A stretch of 64,000 bases of DNA from contig JAEMPJ010000007.1 in assembly GCA_022759365.1 (NCBI GenBank), positions 9,372 to 73,371 on the forward strand. Direction: 5' to 3'. This DNA is from Thermogladius sp. (lineage in GTDB: Archaea; Thermoproteota; Thermoprotei_A; Sulfolobales; Desulfurococcaceae). Below, piece after piece: positions 60,033 to 64,000 of the stretch. Each line of letters begins with the position of its first letter. The stretch's first letter is position 1. A program made the position numbers and the translations under genes. The notes beneath the pieces are model-generated. The model searched no databases. It saw nothing but the letters and a program-made list of their open reading frames with translations, and was not told the DNA's origin.

Positions 60033-60505
60033 TCTGAAACCCCCTGCCTTATTCTAACTGCTTCACCCCATTTATAAAACACCATTTCCCACCCAGGTTT
60101 AACAGCGCGGCCCACAGCCAGCAACTCCCCTTTCTCATCCACGACAAGGACTTCATCCTCTGGCCTGATATCCGGGTCGGCCATCAATACGTGTTTGCAG
60201 AAGACATTGCCTCCTTTAGCGATGAATTCCGCGTACTTGCTCAACACGTATACTCGCATCTTAGGGTGGGGGAGGATTTTGTTTAATACAAGCCCGGATG
60301 TAACATACAGGTTGAACCTGTAGTCTGAGGCCCTTACAGCCAGGTAAGGTTTTGAGTCAACGATTATCCTCCTAAGCTTGAGTGTGCTTCTACTGAACTC
60401 TCCTTCCGCGTCATCTGGTATAAACTCCCCTCCAACACCGAACTGCAACCCAGCTATATACCTCAACTCCTCTATCTCGCTCTCCGTAAGTCTTCTCCTA
60501 AGCAT
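60029..60505 (-). CDS. PUA-domain protein (stand-alone C-terminal domains of archaeosine TGT)
   Basis: LRYIA.LQFG, GGNVFCKHV, IRPEDEVLVV, AVG, G.AVRIRQG. Confidence 0.85.
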   Translation of the reverse strand: MLRRRLTESEIEELRYIAGLQFGVGGEFIPDDAEGEFSRSTLKLRRIIVDSKPYLAVRASDYRFNLYVTSGLVLNKILPHPKMRVYVLSKYAEFIAKGGNVFCKHVLMADPDIRPEDEVLVVDEKGELLAVGRAVKPGWEMVFYKWGEAVRIRQGVSE

Positions 60506-60576
60506 GAGCTACCACATTTGCCTGGACTATAGGATATGTGATAGTTCCAACCCGATAAAAACAATCCACGCTGATG

Positions 60577-61773
60577 TTAAAGCATTACGCGGAGACTATT
60601 ATCCCTCTCCTCACTAATGCCTCTCCTAATATTCTTCTTCGACAAGACCTTCCTAACAGCTTGCTCAAAGTCCTCTCTAGTCACAACCCTCCTCCCAGAC
60701 CTAATCGCGTTGTAACCCGCTTCTGTTACAATAGCCTTGATCTCGGCCCCGCTCAAGCCCTCCGTCATGGCAGCTAGTTTGTACAAGTCGACGTCGTCGC
60801 TTAGTTTCATCCTCCTCGTGTGCACTTTAAATATCTCGTACCTGCCCTGTCTGTCTGGTAGAGGGATTTCGATCAGCCTGTCAAGCCTCCCCGGCCTCAG
60901 GATAGCTTGATCCAGTATGTCTATCCTGTTAGTAGCCGCGATCACCTTAACCCTGTCGAGAGGCCGGAACCCATCTATCTCCGCTAGCAACTGCATTAGC
61001 GTCCTCTGAACCTCTCTTTCACCACTCGTGCCTATGTCAATTCTCTTAGCCGCTATAGCGTCTATCTCGTCTATGAACACGATGGCTGGGGCCTTCCTCC
61101 TAGCTAGGCTAAACACCTCTTTAACTATCCTGGCCCCCTCTCCAATGAATTTCTGAACCAGCTCGCTCCCCACAATACTGATAAACGTTGCCTGAGACTC
61201 ACGTGCTACAGCTTTAGCCAGCAGAGTCTTACCGCAACCAGGCGGCCCGTATAACAGGACTCCCTTAGGAGGCTCTATGCCGATCTCCTTGAATAACTCC
61301 GGGTTTTTCAACGGTAGTTCAACAACCTCTCTCAACTCTCTTATCTGCTCTTTCAAACCTCCTACATCATCGTATGTTACCTCAGGCCTCTCGATAACCT
61401 CGAAGGATTGAACATAGGGATCCTCGTATTCCGGGAGTACATCGACTATTGTGGAACCCCTCTGGTTTAATGCCACCCGGGCACCTGGGACAAGTTTATC
61501 GCGTGGAACGCTCTCCGAGATATAGACGATCAGGTTGGGCCCCGTCGTGCTCCTGACAACCGCCCTATTCCCGTCGATCAAATGCAGTAGGACTCCCTCG
61601 ATCAAAGGAGGAGACAGAAGGTTCTCTATTTCCTTCTTATAGTAGTTGATCTTCATGTTGAGCCTTTTAATCTCGTTCTCCATCTCCCTGACCTTGCTCT
61701 CCAAATACTTTACGTAGTCGTCCTCCGACATACGGGCTTCAGCAGCGTTATCCTGGATGTCTTCGCTTGACAT
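60577..61773 (-). CDS. pan: proteasome-activating nucleotidase
   Basis: N-terminal coiled coil, [42 protein letters not shown]. Confidence 0.96.
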   Translation of the reverse strand: MSSEDIQDNAAEARMSEDDYVKYLESKVREMENEIKRLNMKINYYKKEIENLLSPPLIEGVLLHLIDGNRAVVRSTTGPNLIVYISESVPRDKLVPGARVALNQRGSTIVDVLPEYEDPYVQSFEVIERPEVTYDDVGGLKEQIRELREVVELPLKNPELFKEIGIEPPKGVLLYGPPGCGKTLLAKAVARESQATFISIVGSELVQKFIGEGARIVKEVFSLARRKAPAIVFIDEIDAIAAKRIDIGTSGEREVQRTLMQLLAEIDGFRPLDRVKVIAATNRIDILDQAILRPGRLDRLIEIPLPDRQGRYEIFKVHTRRMKLSDDVDLYKLAAMTEGLSGAEIKAIVTEAGYNAIRSGRRVVTREDFEQAVRKVLSKKNIRRGISEERDNSLRVML

Positions 61774-61873
61774 GAAAGCCCCTTTCCCTTTATCGGTATT
61801 AAGAAGGTCTTTAAAACCCGGACTCAATAATTTTAAACCAGCTTAGAGAAGATGTTTCTACCAGGTTATTGAA

Positions 61874-62374
61874 ATGCCATGTTACTGCGAAATATGCGGC
61901 AGGGAGGTAACGAACGATAGGGATTGCAAGAAGGTTGTAGTCGAAGGCTCGATCCTCCACGTATGCCCAGACTGCTATCGCAGGCTTGTAGGGAGCGGTA
62001 AAGCGAAACCATATGTTGAGGAAAACAGGAAACCATTAGTGGTCTCTAAGAGTAAAAGCGTTGTGAAGACGAGTGCCGGGGGCTTTAAAGATGAGTTCGA
62101 GATAGTTGAGGACTACGCCAAGAGGATAAGAGAAGCCCGGGAGAGGTTGGGGTGGACTCAAAGCGTTCTAGCAGCTAAAATCAGGGAGAGCGAGAACACG
62201 ATTAAGAGGATAGAGTCGGGGAGGCTTAAACCTAGTCTGGAGCTGGCTAGGAGACTTGAGAAAATCCTGGGGATCAAGCTTATTGAGAGAACAGTTGAGG
62301 AGACCCCTCAACAGGCGAGCGATGAAGAGGACTATTTCACCATAGGTGATCTAATTAGAGTGAGCAAGAAGTGA
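61874..62374 (+). CDS. mbf1: archaeal multiprotein bridging factor 1
   Basis: CEICG...CPDC Zn ribbon, Cro-type HTH, TIGD C-terminal motif. Confidence 0.93.
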   Translation: MPCYCEICGREVTNDRDCKKVVVEGSILHVCPDCYRRLVGSGKAKPYVEENRKPLVVSKSKSVVKTSAGGFKDEFEIVEDYAKRIREARERLGWTQSVLAAKIRESENTIKRIESGRLKPSLELARRLEKILGIKLIERTVEETPQQASDEEDYFTIGDLIRVSKK

Positions 62375-63435
62375 AGCCTGGTAGAGTAGTAGCCTTTATA
62401 CCCAGCAAATACAGGGATTTCCTCGACGAGGAGCTGACTCTAATTAAAACAGTATACGGGAGTGTAGACGAGGTACACATAGTCAGGAAGCCTAACACGA
62501 GGACTTACATTCAGAAGGATAAGCTAGAATATTTGTCCCGGAACCCCCCTCAAAAACTAGTTGTAATGGATATCTTGAAGCCAAGCCAGGTCTCGAATAT
62601 CTTGAGGGAGGTTAATACTGAGGTTGTAGACAGAGTCATGTTAATACTCGAGATATTCGCACAACACGCTGGTAGCAGGGAGGCCCTCCTACAGATAGAG
62701 CTAGCCAGGATCAAACACATGCTACCTCTAATCAAGGATTTCATCAGGAGGTCTAAGCTCGGTGAGCTAGCCGGCTTCCTGGGGCCTGGCAGGTATGGCT
62801 ACGAGAAATACTACACGTACTTGAGGGGGAGGGAGAGCCGTATTAGAAGGGAGATCGAGGAGATTAGGAGGGTTAGAGAGGTTAGGAGGGAGAGGAGGAT
62901 GAGGGAAGGCGTACCCCACGTAGCGATAGCCGGCTACACATGCGCGGGGAAGACAACGCTGTTTAACGCCCTCACAGGTAAAAACATGCCTGTTGGACCC
63001 GAGCCTTTCACCACACTTAGCCCGAAGACCGCTAAGATGGATATAAACGGTGTTCACGTAGTTGTGACGGATACCGTGGGTTTTATAAGGGATCTCCCGC
63101 CGGAGATAACTGAGGCCTTCTACGCTACTCTCGAGGAGATAACAGCCTCCGACCTAATAGTACTAGTAGTAGACTCTTCTAAGCCTAAGCCCAGGGTTGT
63201 AAATGAAATAGAGTCTTCTATGAGGGTTTTCAATGAGATAGGTGTTCACGGGAAGCCCCTGTTAATCGCATTGAACAAGATAGATCTAGTGGACAATAGC
63301 GTGGTAAACGAGTTGACGAATGACATAGCGATGCTCATAGGCGACTCCAGTAAAATAATACCTATCTCCGCCGAGAAGAGGATAAACCTGGACAAGCTTA
63401 AAAACGAGGTTGTAAGAACTATCAAAGGCTTGTGA
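62371..63435 (+). CDS. hflX: ribosome-splitting GTPase HflX
   Basis: DRVMLILEIF, LQIELA, GYTCAGKTT, DTVGFI, NKID. Confidence 0.95.
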   Translation: MKPGRVVAFIPSKYRDFLDEELTLIKTVYGSVDEVHIVRKPNTRTYIQKDKLEYLSRNPPQKLVVMDILKPSQVSNILREVNTEVVDRVMLILEIFAQHAGSREALLQIELARIKHMLPLIKDFIRRSKLGELAGFLGPGRYGYEKYYTYLRGRESRIRREIEEIRRVREVRRERRMREGVPHVAIAGYTCAGKTTLFNALTGKNMPVGPEPFTTLSPKTAKMDINGVHVVVTDTVGFIRDLPPEITEAFYATLEEITASDLIVLVVDSSKPKPRVVNEIESSMRVFNEIGVHGKPLLIALNKIDLVDNSVVNELTNDIAMLIGDSSKIIPISAEKRINLDKLKNEVVRTIKGL

Positions 63436-63438
63436 GGA

Positions 63439-64000
63439 ATGGTTGAAATCTACGTTTTGAGAATAGGGCATAGGCCCGGTAGAGATAAGAGGGTTACAAC
63501 GCACGTTGGTTTGGTTGCAAGGGCTTTCGGCGCCAATGGACTGATTCTAGGAGACATCGTAGACGAAGGCGTTGCAAGGTCTCTGAGAAAAATCTCCCAG
63601 CTATGGGGAGGGGTTTTTGACGTGATTATGGGTGTGAACTCCGTGGAGTACGCTAAAAAGTGGAAGCAGAGAGGGCTGGTAGTCCACTTGACAATGTACG
63701 GCCTACACGTGGATGACGTCATAGATGAGATACGAGGTAGCGGCAAAGACCTGCTTATTGTGGTTGGAGCAGAGAAAGTCCCGAGAATCTTCTACGAGCT
63801 CGCGGACTACAATGTGGCGGTAGGTCACCAGCCGCACTCAGAGGTAGCTGCGCTAGCAGTTTTCCTAGATAGGTATTATAAGGGTGCAGAGCTACATAGA
63901 GAATTTAGTGGCGCGAAGTTAGCAGTGATCCCCACACCTAAAGGTAAAAAGGTGTTGAGAATTGGCAACAGAGAAAACAGTGACCGACACGCCAAAAACG
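63439..64000 (+). CDS. trm56: tRNA (cytidine(56)-2'-O)-methyltransferase; runs off the window end
   Basis: Translated by hand: [55 protein letters not shown]; no stop inside the window. Confidence 0.93.
   Translation, partial: MVEIYVLRIGHRPGRDKRVTTHVGLVARAFGANGLILGDIVDEGVARSLRKISQLWGGVFDVIMGVNSVEYAKKWKQRGLVVHLTMYGLHVDDVIDEIRGSGKDLLIVVGAEKVPRIFYELADYNVAVGHQPHSEVAALAVFLDRYYKGAELHREFSGAKLAVIPTPKGKKVLRIGNRENSDRHAKN

Noticed and set aside
57710..60505. Split TGT and separate PUA gene as a novelty
   Set aside because: A split archaeosine TGT is the known crenarchaeal arrangement
1..64000. CRISPR arrays, IS elements, rRNA
   Set aside because: No regularly spaced repeats, transposase or integrase motifs, or rRNA-like sequence seen

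Overview
Gene-dense core chromosome of a hyperthermophilic crenarchaeon, most likely Desulfurococcaceae (inferred from Rpo13, RpoG, SmAP3, Elf1, a split archaeosine TGT, a cbf5 intron and a Ced operon). Positions ~1-20.4 kb hold the large minus-strand ribosomal protein cluster (rpl3 to rpl14e, secY, cmk, cbf5), interrupted by a MoxR AAA+/vWA pair. Then come a complete cedA1-cedA-cedA2-cedB DNA-import operon, PAPS reductase-like, Lhr, tRNA-Pro(CGG), a 4-gene 2-oxoacid:ferredoxin oxidoreductase operon, PCNA, two further HerA/VirB4-like ATPases, endA-beta/hisS/rtcB, a 3-gene type IV pilus operon, topo VI, the RadA-like/small protein/PolB2 operon, thermosome, TGT, PAN, MBF1, HflX and Trm56. Elements missing from the ORF track: (1) a shared upstream motif, (A)NTTTC-N3-GAA(CCC), 45-56 nt (83 nt for the pilin) before cedA1, the PolB2 operon, both extra HerA-like loci, the MoxR/vWA pair and the pilin operon, suggesting one dispersed DNA-damage/DNA-exchange regulon; (2) a candidate programmed -1 frameshift (A AAT TTT TAA) fusing a 107-aa ORF to a HerA-like ATPase; (3) a 24-nt intron in the catalytic Asp codon of cbf5; (4) a box C/D sRNA overlapping the cedB stop; (5) small genes rps14, cedA2 and a 37-aa Lys/Glu-rich ORF heading the SPOUT/rpl3 region; (6) candidate SurR-type and Fur-type operators. 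No CRISPR array or mobile element was seen. All family calls come from motif recognition, not database searches.
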